Part shown: positions 1-9,202 of the stretch, piece by piece
Numbering within the stretch: the stretch's first letter is position 1
How the letters are laid out: every line of letters starts with the position of its first letter
Assembly (NCBI RefSeq): GCF_004353825.1
Contig: NZ_SMNA01000007.1
Span: forward strand, 62,001-126,000
DNA: 64,000 nucleotides
Direction of reading: 5' to 3'
From: Occultella glacieicola
Lineage (GTDB): Bacteria > Actinomycetota > Actinomycetes > Actinomycetales > Beutenbergiaceae
Program-made: the position numbers and the translations under genes
The notes under the pieces: model-generated
Told to the model about the DNA's origin: nothing
The model's database searches: none
Seen by the model: only the letters and a program-made list of their open reading frames with translations

Positions 1-642
1 CAGCGGGAAGATGACGTACCAGAACGTGCGGAACGGCCCGGCGCCGTCGATCGCGGCGGCCTGGTCGAGCTCGCGGGGGATGCCCCGGATGAACTGGACC
101 ATCAGGAAGATGAAGAACGCGTCGGTGGCCAGGAACTTCGGCAGCACCAGCGGCACGAACGTGTTCACCAGGTCGAACTGGGAGAAGATGATGTACTGCG
201 GGATCACCAGGACGTGCATCGGCAGCATCACCGAGACCAGCACGATCCCGAAGTAGGCGTTCCGGGCCTTGAAGGTGAGCCGGGCGAGGGCGTACGCGGT
301 CAGTGAGCAGGAGAACAGGTTGCCCACGATCGAGCTGATCGTGACCACGAACGAGTTGCCGTAGAACACCCAGAACGGGCGGGTCAGCGAGTTCCAGCCG
401 GCCACGAAGTTCTCCAGCGTGAGCTCCTCCGGGATGAGCGGACCGGTGAGGATCTCGCTCTCCGGGGTGAACGCGCTCGTGACCATCCACACCAACGGGT
501 AGAGCATGAACGCGACGAAGACCAGGAGGCCGGCGTGCCTGGCGACGGAGCGGGCCCGCCGGCGCGGCCGGCGCCGGGGCGGGGCGCCGGCCGCGGGTCC
601 GGTGGTGGGGGCGGTGGGCGCGACGAGGTGTGTGGTCATCAT
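1..642 (-). CDS. Carbohydrate ABC transporter permease (MalG-type); runs off the window start
   Basis: Manual translation: MMTTHLVAP...FMLYPLVWMV...IPRELDQAAAIDGAGPFRTF (EAA loop). The ATG overlaps the upstream stop (TGATG). Confidence 0.9.
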   Translation of the reverse strand, partial: MMTTHLVAPTAPTTGPAAGAPPRRRPRRRARSVARHAGLLVFVAFMLYPLVWMVTSAFTPESEILTGPLIPEELTLENFVAGWNSLTRPFWVFYGNSFVVTISSIVGNLFSCSLTAYALARLTFKARNAYFGIVLVSVMLPMHVLVIPQYIIFSQFDLVNTFVPLVLPKFLATDAFFIFLMVQFIRGIPRELDQAAAIDGAGPFRTFWYVIFPL

Positions 643-1553
643 CAGTCTCCGTAGAACACCCAGTACTTGGACAGCAGGAAGTGCAGCGCGGTCATCGCAC
701 CGATGAAGACGAGCAGGACCCAGGCCAGCGCCGACGCGTAGCCCATGTCGAATGCGGTGAAGCCCTGCTGGTAGATGTACAGCGTGTAGAAGAGCGTCGA
801 GTCCACTGGACCACCGGAGCCGCCGCTGACCACGTGCGCCTGCGTGAACGCCTGGAACGCCCCGATCGTCTGCAGGATGAGGTTGAAGAAGATGATCGGG
901 GTCAGCAGCGGCACCGTGATGGAGCCGAACTGGCGTAGCACCGAGGCGCCGTCGACCCGGGCGGACTCGTACAGCTCCTCCGGGATCTGACGCAGGCCGG
1001 CCAGGAAGATCACCATCGGCGAGCCGAACGTCCACACGTTCAGGATCACGAGCGTCCCCAGGGCCGTCTGGGGGTTCTGCAGCCAGCTCGAGCCCTCGAT
1101 GCCGACCAGGGCGAGGGCCTGGTTGATCAGGCCCGCGTGGCCGAACAGTTCCCGCCAGAGCACCGCCACGGCGACGCTCGAACCCAGCAGCGAGGGCAGG
1201 TAGAACGCGCTCCGGTAGAACGTCAGCCCCCGCATGCCGCGGTCCAGGATCAGCGCGAGCAGCAGCGCGAACGCCAGCTGGAGCGGCACCGAGACCAGCA
1301 CGTAGGTGAGGGTGACCCGCACCGACTGCCAGAACCGGTCGTCGGCGAGCATCCGCTCGAAGTTCGCGATCCCGATGAACTCCGGGGTGGACAGGATGTT
1401 GTAGTCGGTGAACGCGAGATAGAGGGAGGCGAGGGTCGGCAGGGCGGTGATGCCGATCAGCCCCACCAGCCAGGGCAGCATGAAGACGTGGGCCGCTCGT
1501 CCCTGTCGGTTCAGGCGGCTCTTGCGCCGGTTCGGCGCGGTTGCGGTGGCCAT
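642..1553 (-). CDS. Carbohydrate ABC transporter permease (MalF-type)
   Basis: Hydrophobic helices, EAA motif ELYESARVDGAS, C-terminal MGYASALAW. Confidence 0.95.
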   Translation of the reverse strand: MATATAPNRRKSRLNRQGRAAHVFMLPWLVGLIGITALPTLASLYLAFTDYNILSTPEFIGIANFERMLADDRFWQSVRVTLTYVLVSVPLQLAFALLLALILDRGMRGLTFYRSAFYLPSLLGSSVAVAVLWRELFGHAGLINQALALVGIEGSSWLQNPQTALGTLVILNVWTFGSPMVIFLAGLRQIPEELYESARVDGASVLRQFGSITVPLLTPIIFFNLILQTIGAFQAFTQAHVVSGGSGGPVDSTLFYTLYIYQQGFTAFDMGYASALAWVLLVFIGAMTALHFLLSKYWVFYGD

Positions 1554-1577
1554 GGTCGAGTTCCGGTCCCCGGCCGT

Positions 1578-2903
1578 TCAGGCCGCGCGGTCGATGGCGG
1601 CCTGGAGCTCGTCGATCATGGCCGTCGCGGCGTCGATCGTGGTCGACTGCTCGAGGGCCACCTGCTCGGAGACCCGGGTGAGGATGGTGCGCCACGTGCT
1701 CGACCCGGCCGGCGCCTCGTAGCGCGGATTGCGCTCCAGGGCCCGGTCGTGGGCGACCGCGTCGAGCATCTGCTGCTCGTCCGGCGAGGCGAACTCGGTG
1801 ACCTCCTGCGCCACCCGGGGGTTGACCGGGGCGCCCATGGTCAGACCGGTGATCCGGAGGGTCTCGGTGTTGTTCACGCTGTAGTTCAGGAGGGTTCCGG
1901 CGGCCTCGAGGCTGCCCTCGTCGATCTCTCCGTAGACCGCCAGGCGTGGGGTGTAGAGGTAGGGGTGCCCGGGCGTCGCGTCCGCGGCCACCGGCATGTT
2001 CCGGAGTTTGAACGTGGCCTCGGGAAAGAACTGGGCGTCGTCGATGATGTGGTTGGAGTTCCCGAAGTAGCTCAGCACCCGCTCGCCGATCAGGGCCCAG
2101 TCCGCGCCCACGCCGTCCTGCTCCGAGATGGACGGGGCCGCGCCGTTGACGCGGAGGTTCTCCCAGAAGTCGAGCCAGCTCGCGATGCCGTCCGCGGTGA
2201 ACCCGATCCGGCCGTCCTCGGTCCACAGCAGTTCGCCGCGCTGACGCAGCCAGGCCTCCAGGGTGAGGTCGTGGTCGGGGCCGTAGTTGACGGCCCAGTT
2301 GCCGTTCGGGTTGTTCGCGGCGTAGTCGATCGCGAACTCCGTGAAGCCGTCCCAGGTCCAAGCCTCACCCTCGGGCAGACCGACGCCGTCCGCCTGCGCC
2401 ATCGTCTCGTTGTAGCGCAGCACCGGCACGAAGATCCCGAGGGCCATCGTGTTGTGCACGCCGTCCAGGCGCAGGCCGTCGATGTCCGCCTCGCTGTAGT
2501 CGTCGAGGTCGAGGGTGCTGACGCCCTCCAGGTCGTGGAACAACCCGTTGGCGTAGTACGTCATCACCTGCGCGGACGGCACCCAGAACAGGTCCGGGAC
2601 GTTCTGCGCGGCCATCTGCGTGGTCATCCGCTCCTGGAAGGCGGTGTACTCGGCGAACTCCGTCTCGATCGTGATCTCGGGGTGGTCGTCCATGAAGGCG
2701 TTCAGTGCGTTCGTGTAGTTCTCCTGGCGGACGTTGTTGCCCCACCAGGCGTAACGCAGCGTGGCCGAACCGCCGCCGTCCGTGCCTCCACCTCCGCCGC
2801 CACCACCGCTGCCGCCGCCCACGCCCGAGCAGGCGGCTGTGGTGCCCGCCAGCCCTGCGGCGGCGGCGAACTTCAACAGGTTCCTACGGCTCATCTCACG
2901 CAT
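1578..2903 (-). CDS. Sugar ABC transporter substrate-binding lipoprotein with Tat signal
   Basis: SRRNLLK twin-arginine motif, lipobox TAAC, Gly-rich linker, LRYAWWG SBP1-type start. The start may be 2894. Confidence 0.9.
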   Translation of the reverse strand: MREMSRRNLLKFAAAAGLAGTTAACSGVGGGSGGGGGGGGTDGGGSATLRYAWWGNNVRQENYTNALNAFMDDHPEITIETEFAEYTAFQERMTTQMAAQNVPDLFWVPSAQVMTYYANGLFHDLEGVSTLDLDDYSEADIDGLRLDGVHNTMALGIFVPVLRYNETMAQADGVGLPEGEAWTWDGFTEFAIDYAANNPNGNWAVNYGPDHDLTLEAWLRQRGELLWTEDGRIGFTADGIASWLDFWENLRVNGAAPSISEQDGVGADWALIGERVLSYFGNSNHIIDDAQFFPEATFKLRNMPVAADATPGHPYLYTPRLAVYGEIDEGSLEAAGTLLNYSVNNTETLRITGLTMGAPVNPRVAQEVTEFASPDEQQMLDAVAHDRALERNPRYEAPAGSSTWRTILTRVSEQVALEQSTTIDAATAMIDELQAAIDRAA

Positions 2904-2999
2904 CGCTGCGTCTCCCTCGTCGTTGAAGGCGGCCCCGTCGTCGGGGTCGTCCGGTTGATCTGATGCTAGTTTCGGAGCACTTGCCAGTCAATGCACCAA

Positions 3000-3031
3000 G
3001 ACAACTCGTATGACAATTACTCGAACGACAA
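3000..3031. promoter_or_regulatory. Putative GntR operator array upstream of the SBP gene
   Basis: TCGTATGACAA (3006-3016), TCGAACGACAA (3021-3031) and a GACAA half-site (3000-3004) resemble the palindrome TTGTCTGACAA at 8247. Confidence 0.55.
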
Positions 3032-5113
3032 CTACGACCGGTCGATCAGGAGCACCTCGAACCTCCCGACCTCCGGCGTGGTGATCCGGATCCCACCCTC
3101 GGCAGGCTGCACCGGCAGCTCCAGGTCGGCCACCAGTGCGCGGGCCCGCGGCAGCGGTCCCGACCAGGGCAGCGTCAGCTCGACCGGTGCGACCGGAATC
3201 GGGTCGAGGAAGCGCTGGACCGCGTCGCCGCTGCGGTTGAGCAGGTGCACAACGGTGCCGGCGGCCGAGCGGCCGCGGATCACCTGGAGCTGCTCCGGGA
3301 GACCGGCGCCGACCGGGCGGGCGCCCAGGGCGCGGATCCTGTCGGCGACCTCGTCGCGGACGGCGCGAAGGCCCTGCTCCCGGTAGACCCGCCCGACGGT
3401 CCAGGGCAGGTGGGCCACCGTGCCGCCGCCGACCGTGCGTTCGGCGTAACCGGGGTGGTCGGCCTCGGAGTGGCCGTAGCACTTCTCCGGTGGGCCGTAC
3501 GGGGCCCGGCCGAGCGTCGGCAGCGCGACCGACGCGTCCGGGTGCGCCTCGATGACGTGCAACGCCCCGATCACGGGCGCGGGCCGACCCCAGGGGTGCC
3601 CCGACGGCGTGGCGCCGTCGAGGCGCACGTAGGCGGCGCGGGTCGCCTCCACGGAGGTCAGGCTCGCGAGGTGGCGCCGCACCGGGGAGGCGGCCAGTTG
3701 CCCGGCGCCCGCGGCCAGCGCCGACGAGCCGGTCGCGAGCACGGATCCGCCGGCGGCGACGAACGCGTCCAGTGCGGCCACGGACTCCGCGGCGAGTTCG
3801 CCCAGGTCCGCCAGGACCACCACGCGATACCCGCCCAGCGAGCCCACGCCGTCGGCCCCGGAACCGAGGTCGGCGAGCCTGGTGCTGCTGACCACGTCGA
3901 ACGGCAGGTGGGACTCGGTCAGCGTGAGATAGAGGCCCTCGAACTCCGAGCGGACTCCCTCGGCGAGGGCCGGCCCGACCCGGTCACCCCGGACCAGGAG
4001 CACGTCGGCGTCCGGTCGCAGCCGGGCGTAGACGTCCGCATGGTCGCGGTGGAACCGGGTGATCTCGCCGGCGACCGCGATGTTCGCGTACGGGCTGTCG
4101 CTCGGGCGGCCCATCACGTAGGTGGACGGCACGGCGCCGTGGGCGATCGCCTGGAGGAGGAACTGGGCGAAGTGGTTCGGCTCCTCGCCGGCGAGCCGGT
4201 AGGGCATGTCCACGAAGCCGACCGAGTTCACGAGCACCGGAACCTGTGGCCGGTAGGCCTTCGCGGCTGACACGTGCTCAGCGGTGAGGTGGTGCCAGAG
4301 CGGGCGGCCGACGCCGTTGTTCGCCTCGTGGAAGACGATGTCGGCGCGGTCGCCGAGGATCAGCGCCGCGGTCGGGGCCAGGGAACGGATGTGGGCCCGG
4401 AGCCGGGCGGTGAGATCGTCCAGGGTGAGGCGGGCGTAGTCCTGCCAGGTCCGATAGCCGGGGGAGGCGGAGTCCTGTGGCAGCGGTGTCCCAGGCGCGA
4501 ACCCCTCGAACCCCTTGTGACAGGCCAGGCAGTGGCACACGCCCCAGTAGGTGCGGGAGTAGTCCAGTTCGTTGAAGGACATCCAGTTCAGGAAGAACCC
4601 GGCGATGTCGTAGCGGGTGAGCACCTCCGTGATCACCTCGAACACCCGCTCCTGGTAGTACGCGCCGCTCGGGCAGACGCTGACCAGGCCGTTGTAGACC
4701 TGGTTCTCGCCCTGAGCGTTGACGAACAACCACTCCGGGTGCTCCTCGGCGCGGCGCCGGTCCACCTTGGAGAAGTCCATCCGGCCGAGCACCCGGATGC
4801 CGCGCACGCCGGCCGCGGCCACGGCGTCGCCGACCAGATCCCCGGACACCCGCCCGGCCAGAGCCGGGTTCGCGGTCTGGCTCGGCAGCGCCGTCGGGTA
4901 GTTCGAGATGATCCCGCCCACGGACAGCAGCCAGACGTTCGTGCCGAACTCCTCCAGGAAGTCCAGCACCTCGGCCACGTCCAGATCGGCGTCGATCTCG
5001 CGCAGGTTCGTCTGGAACGTGCGGAACGGCGCGCGCCACCACTCGGTCCCCGGCGTCGTGTCCGTCTGTGTGGGCTGGGTGGCCAGGGCCGCTCGGCCGT
5101 TCGGGGCGGTCAC
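3032..5113 (-). CDS. GHL6-like putative glycoside hydrolase (TIM barrel + beta-galactosidase trimerisation-like domain)
   Basis: FQTNLREID...GGIISNYPT...GDLVGD...RMDFSK...HPEW, CHCLAC Cys cluster, C-terminal LPFDVV...FVAAGGSVLATG segment. Confidence 0.75.
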   Translation of the reverse strand: MTAPNGRAALATQPTQTDTTPGTEWWRAPFRTFQTNLREIDADLDVAEVLDFLEEFGTNVWLLSVGGIISNYPTALPSQTANPALAGRVSGDLVGDAVAAAGVRGIRVLGRMDFSKVDRRRAEEHPEWLFVNAQGENQVYNGLVSVCPSGAYYQERVFEVITEVLTRYDIAGFFLNWMSFNELDYSRTYWGVCHCLACHKGFEGFAPGTPLPQDSASPGYRTWQDYARLTLDDLTARLRAHIRSLAPTAALILGDRADIVFHEANNGVGRPLWHHLTAEHVSAAKAYRPQVPVLVNSVGFVDMPYRLAGEEPNHFAQFLLQAIAHGAVPSTYVMGRPSDSPYANIAVAGEITRFHRDHADVYARLRPDADVLLVRGDRVGPALAEGVRSEFEGLYLTLTESHLPFDVVSSTRLADLGSGADGVGSLGGYRVVVLADLGELAAESVAALDAFVAAGGSVLATGSSALAAGAGQLAASPVRRHLASLTSVEATRAAYVRLDGATPSGHPWGRPAPVIGALHVIEAHPDASVALPTLGRAPYGPPEKCYGHSEADHPGYAERTVGGGTVAHLPWTVGRVYREQGLRAVRDEVADRIRALGARPVGAGLPEQLQVIRGRSAAGTVVHLLNRSGDAVQRFLDPIPVAPVELTLPWSGPLPRARALVADLELPVQPAEGGIRITTPEVGRFEVLLIDRS

Positions 5114-5988
5114 GTCGTGCTCCGTCCGGCCGCACTGCCGAGCACCCGGTGCAGCGCGGAGTGGTCGGACTCGCCGAGCCCCTGGGCGATCGCGGCGTTC
5201 ATGAACTCGTGCGCGGAAGCGGTGTGCGGCAACGGCAGATCCATCGCTCGCGCGGCGCCGAGGGCGAGGCCGAGGTCCTTGCGGTGCAGCCGGATCCGGA
5301 AACCGGGCTCGTGGTGGTGGTCGATCATCCGCTGGCCGTGCACCTCGAGGATGCGCGAGGAGGCGAAGCCGCCCATCAGGGCCTCCCGTACCACGGCCGG
5401 GTCGACGCCCGCTGCCTCCGCGAACGTCAGGCCCTCGGCGACGGCCTGGATGGTCAGGGCGACGATGATCTGGTTGGCGACCTTCGCGGTCTGGCCGGCG
5501 CCGACGTCACCGACGTGGGTGATGGTGGCGCCGAGCACCTCCAGCAGCGGGGTGGCCCGCTCGAACGCGGACGCGGGCCCGCCGGCCAGGATGGTCAGCG
5601 TCCCGGCGCGGGCACCGACCTCGCCGCCGGAGACCGGGGCGTCGAGGTACTGCCCGCCGGCCCCGGTGATCCGCTCCGCGAAGGATCGGGTCGCGACCGG
5701 CGAGATCGAGCTCATGTCGATGACGAGGGCGCCGGGGCGCAGCGCCGCGGCGACGCCGTCCGTCCCGAACAGGACCTCCTCGACGTCCGGGGTGTCCGGG
5801 AGCATGAGGATGACGGCGTCGGCCTGGCCGGCCGCGTCCGCGGCCGAGCTCGCGCGGCGCCCGCCGGCGCCGACGAGGTGCTCGGTGGACTCCTTCACGC
5901 GGTGGAGGTGGACGGTGTGGCCGGCCGCGATGAGGTTGGCCGCCATCGGGGCGCCCATGACGCCGAGTCCGATGAATCCGATCTGCAC
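5110..5988 (-). CDS. 2-hydroxy-3-oxopropionate (tartronate semialdehyde) reductase / 3-hydroxyisobutyrate dehydrogenase family
   Basis: IGFIGLGVMGAPMA, DAPVSGGEVGA, GAGQTAKVANQ, PGFRIRLHRKDL. GTG start at 5988 follows an AGGAGA RBS (trimmed from ORF 5110..7032). Confidence 0.9.
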   Translation of the reverse strand: MQIGFIGLGVMGAPMAANLIAAGHTVHLHRVKESTEHLVGAGGRRASSAADAAGQADAVILMLPDTPDVEEVLFGTDGVAAALRPGALVIDMSSISPVATRSFAERITGAGGQYLDAPVSGGEVGARAGTLTILAGGPASAFERATPLLEVLGATITHVGDVGAGQTAKVANQIIVALTIQAVAEGLTFAEAAGVDPAVVREALMGGFASSRILEVHGQRMIDHHHEPGFRIRLHRKDLGLALGAARAMDLPLPHTASAHEFMNAAIAQGLGESDHSALHRVLGSAAGRSTT

Positions 5989-6020
5989 TGTGGGTCTCCT
6001 TCGGGTGAGGGTTCGGTCGG

Positions 6021-8213
6021 TCAGGGCTGCTGCGGCCCGGGCCGGGCGTAGGTCCAGGTCAGGTGCGCGACCTCGAGGACGTCGACGGCGGGCACGCTCA
6101 CGTGCACCCTGCCGTCGGCGACGTGGGCAGGTGCCCAGGTGTCGGCGAGCACCAGCCGGGCCGTGGCGCCGGTGGCGCCGTCCGGTAGCGCCACCGAGAT
6201 CTCCTGCGGCGGCAGCGGGATGGTCTCGCGGTTCTGTCCGCGCATGGCCATCGGGTTGTTCAGGTTCACGAGGGCCACGGCCATCGACGTCGCGTCCGTG
6301 CGGACGGCCACGTCCACGAATCCCTGGCCCTCGATGCGCACCCGGGGTTCGCCGCCGAGCGCCCAGGCGACGGCATTGCGGATGAGCCGGGCGTGGTCGT
6401 GCTGCATCGCGGCCCAGAGGATCTCGCCCACGTTGAACGCCAGGTACACGCTGCGCCCACCGCCGGGCTGCTCGCGGCAGACCACCGCCGCGGAGCCCTC
6501 CCCGCCACGGGGATAGACCTCCTCCATCGGCAGGTCCGGGTAGTCCGGCACGAACCGGAACGGGACCGTGGTGACGTCCGCACCGGCGGTGCCGGCCGCC
6601 GTCGGGATCTCGATCGGTTCGACCCCGACCAGGCGGGTGCCGCCGACCACCCGGGTGGCCCCGTCGAAGCCGGCGGCGAGGGGGTGCTGCGGGTCGAGCG
6701 CGATGTAGTTGTTCTTGACCGGCCCACGCGGTGCCTGCGTGAGGCGGACGCCGAGCACGTCGCCGAGGGCGAGCTCGGTGCCGTCGCCGTCGGTCACGAG
6801 GGAGGACTCGTGGGCGGCCACCAGGCTGCCCCCGCCGGCCACCCACTCGCGGATCACGGCGCAGTGCGCGTCGGACAGGGCCCGGCAGTTCGGCAGGATC
6901 AGGACCCGGTACGGGGCGAGTCGTTCGAGCGTGAGCTCGGTGTCCGCGAGGTAGTCGAACGGCACCCGGGCCTCGACGAGGGCCTGGTAGAAGCCGTCCT
7001 CGTCGACGCTGCCGGCGGTGTAGCCGGCCCACGGGTTCGTCGGGTCGAGTCGGACGTTGTCGAGGATCGCGACCTCGCTCGTGATCGCCATCCCCTCGAA
7101 GACGCCCGCGACGCGCTCATGCAGACCGAACGCGTCCACGATCGGTGCCACCCAGCGGGTGTCGAACACGTTCGCGTTGAACTTCGTGTACCAGGGCAGG
7201 GCGCCGTGCACGAACCCGTCGGCCATCCAGGTCACGATCTCGTGCGGGTCTGCCACCGAGTCCTTCCACCGGTACTCGCCGTGCTCGGGGCCGACCGACG
7301 TGATCAGCGCGACCGGACGGTCCGGGAACATGCCCCGGCTGCGCTTGCCGATCCGCCCCGACCACCACAGTGCCTCGTTCTCGGAGCGGCCCTGCTTGTC
7401 GATGAAGAACATCGGGTACCGGTCGTCGACGAGGTCACGGACCAGGTCCCGGGTCAGCATCGCGCCGCGGTTGGGGATGAACCGGGCGTGCGGTCGGACC
7501 TCGCGCACCGCGTCGTCCCAGAGGACCACGAGCTCGGACAGCTGCCGGCTGCGCCAGGCGGTGTAGGCGCGCCAGGCCGGGTCGGTGCGGTCCTGCGTAC
7601 GCGGCAGGTGCAGGCCGGTGTCGTCGAAGAACCGGCGCTCGGCCGCCTCGGAGTACGAGATAGCCGACGGTCCCTCCCACCGGTTCGCGAACACGGCGTC
7701 CACGTCGTAGTCGCGCACGATCTCACGGGCGACGTCGGTGATGAACTCCCGGTGGTAGGTGCTGAACGGGTCGGTCAGCCAGATGTCCGGGAACGCCCAG
7801 TGCGGGATCGGGTTGCCGTCGGCGTCGCGGGCGAGCCACTCGGGGTGGGCCTGCGCGGCATCGGCGTGGATCGCGTGCGGGTCCACCCGGGCCATCACGT
7901 GCATGTCCAGTTCCCGGGCTCCGGCGACCAGATCCCCGAACGGGTCGGTGTTCCCGAGGTGCCTGCTGCGGTAGTGGAACGGGATCCGGGTCGGGTAGAA
8001 CGCCATGTACCCGCCGGCGCTGAGGCAGAGCGCGTTCGAGCGGGACTGGCGCATCACCGAGATCCAGAACTCCGGGTCGAAGTGCAGCGGATCGTCCTCG
8101 ACGAAGGTCAGCTGGGTCCACCGGGTGGCGGTCCGGAACCAGTCCAGCGATCGCGCGGTGGTGGGGCCCTGCGGGATGGGGTCGAGCCCGGGCTCGTGAT
8201 CCGTCGTCAGCAT
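6021..8213 (-). CDS. Second GHL6-like putative glycoside hydrolase with trimerisation-like domain
   Basis: SAGGYMAFYPT...DPFGDLV...ARVDPH...HPEW...DAVFANRW, VPFDYL...LILPN...WVAGGGSLVA. ATG at 8213 follows a GAGAGG RBS (trimmed from ORF 6021..9185). Confidence 0.75.
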   Translation of the reverse strand: MLTTDHEPGLDPIPQGPTTARSLDWFRTATRWTQLTFVEDDPLHFDPEFWISVMRQSRSNALCLSAGGYMAFYPTRIPFHYRSRHLGNTDPFGDLVAGARELDMHVMARVDPHAIHADAAQAHPEWLARDADGNPIPHWAFPDIWLTDPFSTYHREFITDVAREIVRDYDVDAVFANRWEGPSAISYSEAAERRFFDDTGLHLPRTQDRTDPAWRAYTAWRSRQLSELVVLWDDAVREVRPHARFIPNRGAMLTRDLVRDLVDDRYPMFFIDKQGRSENEALWWSGRIGKRSRGMFPDRPVALITSVGPEHGEYRWKDSVADPHEIVTWMADGFVHGALPWYTKFNANVFDTRWVAPIVDAFGLHERVAGVFEGMAITSEVAILDNVRLDPTNPWAGYTAGSVDEDGFYQALVEARVPFDYLADTELTLERLAPYRVLILPNCRALSDAHCAVIREWVAGGGSLVAAHESSLVTDGDGTELALGDVLGVRLTQAPRGPVKNNYIALDPQHPLAAGFDGATRVVGGTRLVGVEPIEIPTAAGTAGADVTTVPFRFVPDYPDLPMEEVYPRGGEGSAAVVCREQPGGGRSVYLAFNVGEILWAAMQHDHARLIRNAVAWALGGEPRVRIEGQGFVDVAVRTDATSMAVALVNLNNPMAMRGQNRETIPLPPQEISVALPDGATGATARLVLADTWAPAHVADGRVHVSVPAVDVLEVAHLTWTYARPGPQQP

Positions 8214-8246
8214 CGTTGCGACCTCTCGTTCGGCGTGCTCGTAGTA

Positions 8247-8279
8247 TTGTCTGACAAGATAGCAAGTACAACATGTACT
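8247..8279. promoter_or_regulatory. Operator palindromes in the divergent promoter region
   Basis: TTGTC-T-GACAA (8247-8257) and AGTACA-ACA-TGTACT (8265-8279) in an AT-rich gap. Confidence 0.65.
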
Positions 8280-8303
8280 GCCTAGAGTCTTGGAGTGTGA
8301 GAC

Positions 8304-9110
8304 GTGCAGCACCTCGGCTACGACCTCAGTGCCAACGTGTCCCTGTTGTGGACCGAGTACGACTATCTCGACCGGTTCGCCGCGGCGGCGGACGCCGGCT
8401 TCGCGTTCGTGGAGACGTGGTGGCCGTTCCCGGCTGCCGAGCCCACCGTGGCGCAGGAGGCGGACCTGCTCCGGTCGATCGAGGCCGCCGGGGTGCGCCT
8501 GCGCGGGCTGAACCTCTTCGCCGGGGACATGCCCTCCGGCGAGCGGGGGATCGTCACGAACGCCGCGCGGCGCCCGGAGTTCATGGCGAACCTGGCGGCT
8601 GTCACCCGGATCGCCGAGGCCACCGGGTGCGACCGGTTCAACCTGCTCTACGGCCAGTTGACGGACGACGAGGATCCGACGGCGCAGCACGCCGCCGCGC
8701 AGGAGGCGGTCGCCATCGCGGCCGCCGCGTTGGGCGAGGGCGGCGGCGTGGTGCTCATCGAGCCTCTGGCCGCCGGGCTGAACGGGGCCTACCCGCTGCA
8801 CACCCACGAGGACGTGATCGCCCTGCTGGACGGCCCGTTCGCGGGCGTCGCGGGCGTCGGGCTGCTGTTCGACACCTTCCACCTGGCCATGAACGGTGTG
8901 GACGTGGTCGCGGCGGTGGAGCGGTCCGGGGCGCGGATCGCGCACGTGCAGATCGCCGATGCCCCCGGCCGGGGCGAGCCCGGATCGGGCGATCTGGCCT
9001 GGGACGAGGTGTTCGCGGCGCTGCGCGCGGCGGGCTACGCGGGGCCGGCCGCCGCCGAGTACCGGCCCACCGTGCGCACGGAGGACTCCCTGGCGTGGGT
9101 TCGCCCGTGA
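8304..9110 (+). CDS. hyi: Hydroxypyruvate isomerase family (Hyi/OtnI-like TIM barrel)
   Basis: SANVSLLWTE...RFAAAADAGFAFVETWWP, LIEPL, LFDTFHL, HVQIADAPGRGEPGSG, AEYRP. Confidence 0.85.
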   Translation: MQHLGYDLSANVSLLWTEYDYLDRFAAAADAGFAFVETWWPFPAAEPTVAQEADLLRSIEAAGVRLRGLNLFAGDMPSGERGIVTNAARRPEFMANLAAVTRIAEATGCDRFNLLYGQLTDDEDPTAQHAAAQEAVAIAAAALGEGGGVVLIEPLAAGLNGAYPLHTHEDVIALLDGPFAGVAGVGLLFDTFHLAMNGVDVVAAVERSGARIAHVQIADAPGRGEPGSGDLAWDEVFAALRAAGYAGPAAAEYRPTVRTEDSLAWVRP

Positions 9111-9173
9111 GCGGTGGTGGCATCCCCTACAGTGGCTCCGGACGGCGGGGTGGCCGATCCCTAGACTCGTCTC

Positions 9174-9186
9174 ATCGTCAGACAAT
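9174..9186. promoter_or_regulatory. Putative GntR autoregulatory operator
   Basis: ATCGTCAGACAAT just upstream of the gntR RBS; same motif as 8247. Confidence 0.55.
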
Positions 9187-9202
9187 CTCCCGAGGTGATC
9201 GC

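Noticed and set aside
2770..2830. Poly-Gly coding run (GGC/GGT repeats) in the SBP
   Set aside because: Ordinary flexible linker after the lipoprotein Cys, with mixed codons; not a contingency repeat
1137..2963. 608-aa plus-strand ORF and many similar long antisense ORFs (e.g. 4274..6385, 6393..8285, 23622..25568, 30949..32586, 45880..48549, 54375..56084)
   Set aside because: Shadow frames of real genes in very high-GC DNA: Arg/Gly/Pro/Val-rich, no motifs, and overlapping well-supported CDSs
6021..9185. Apparent 1054-aa protein
   Set aside because: The N-terminal ~320 aa are antisense to hyi. The real start is ATG 8213 with an RBS, so this is not a fusion.
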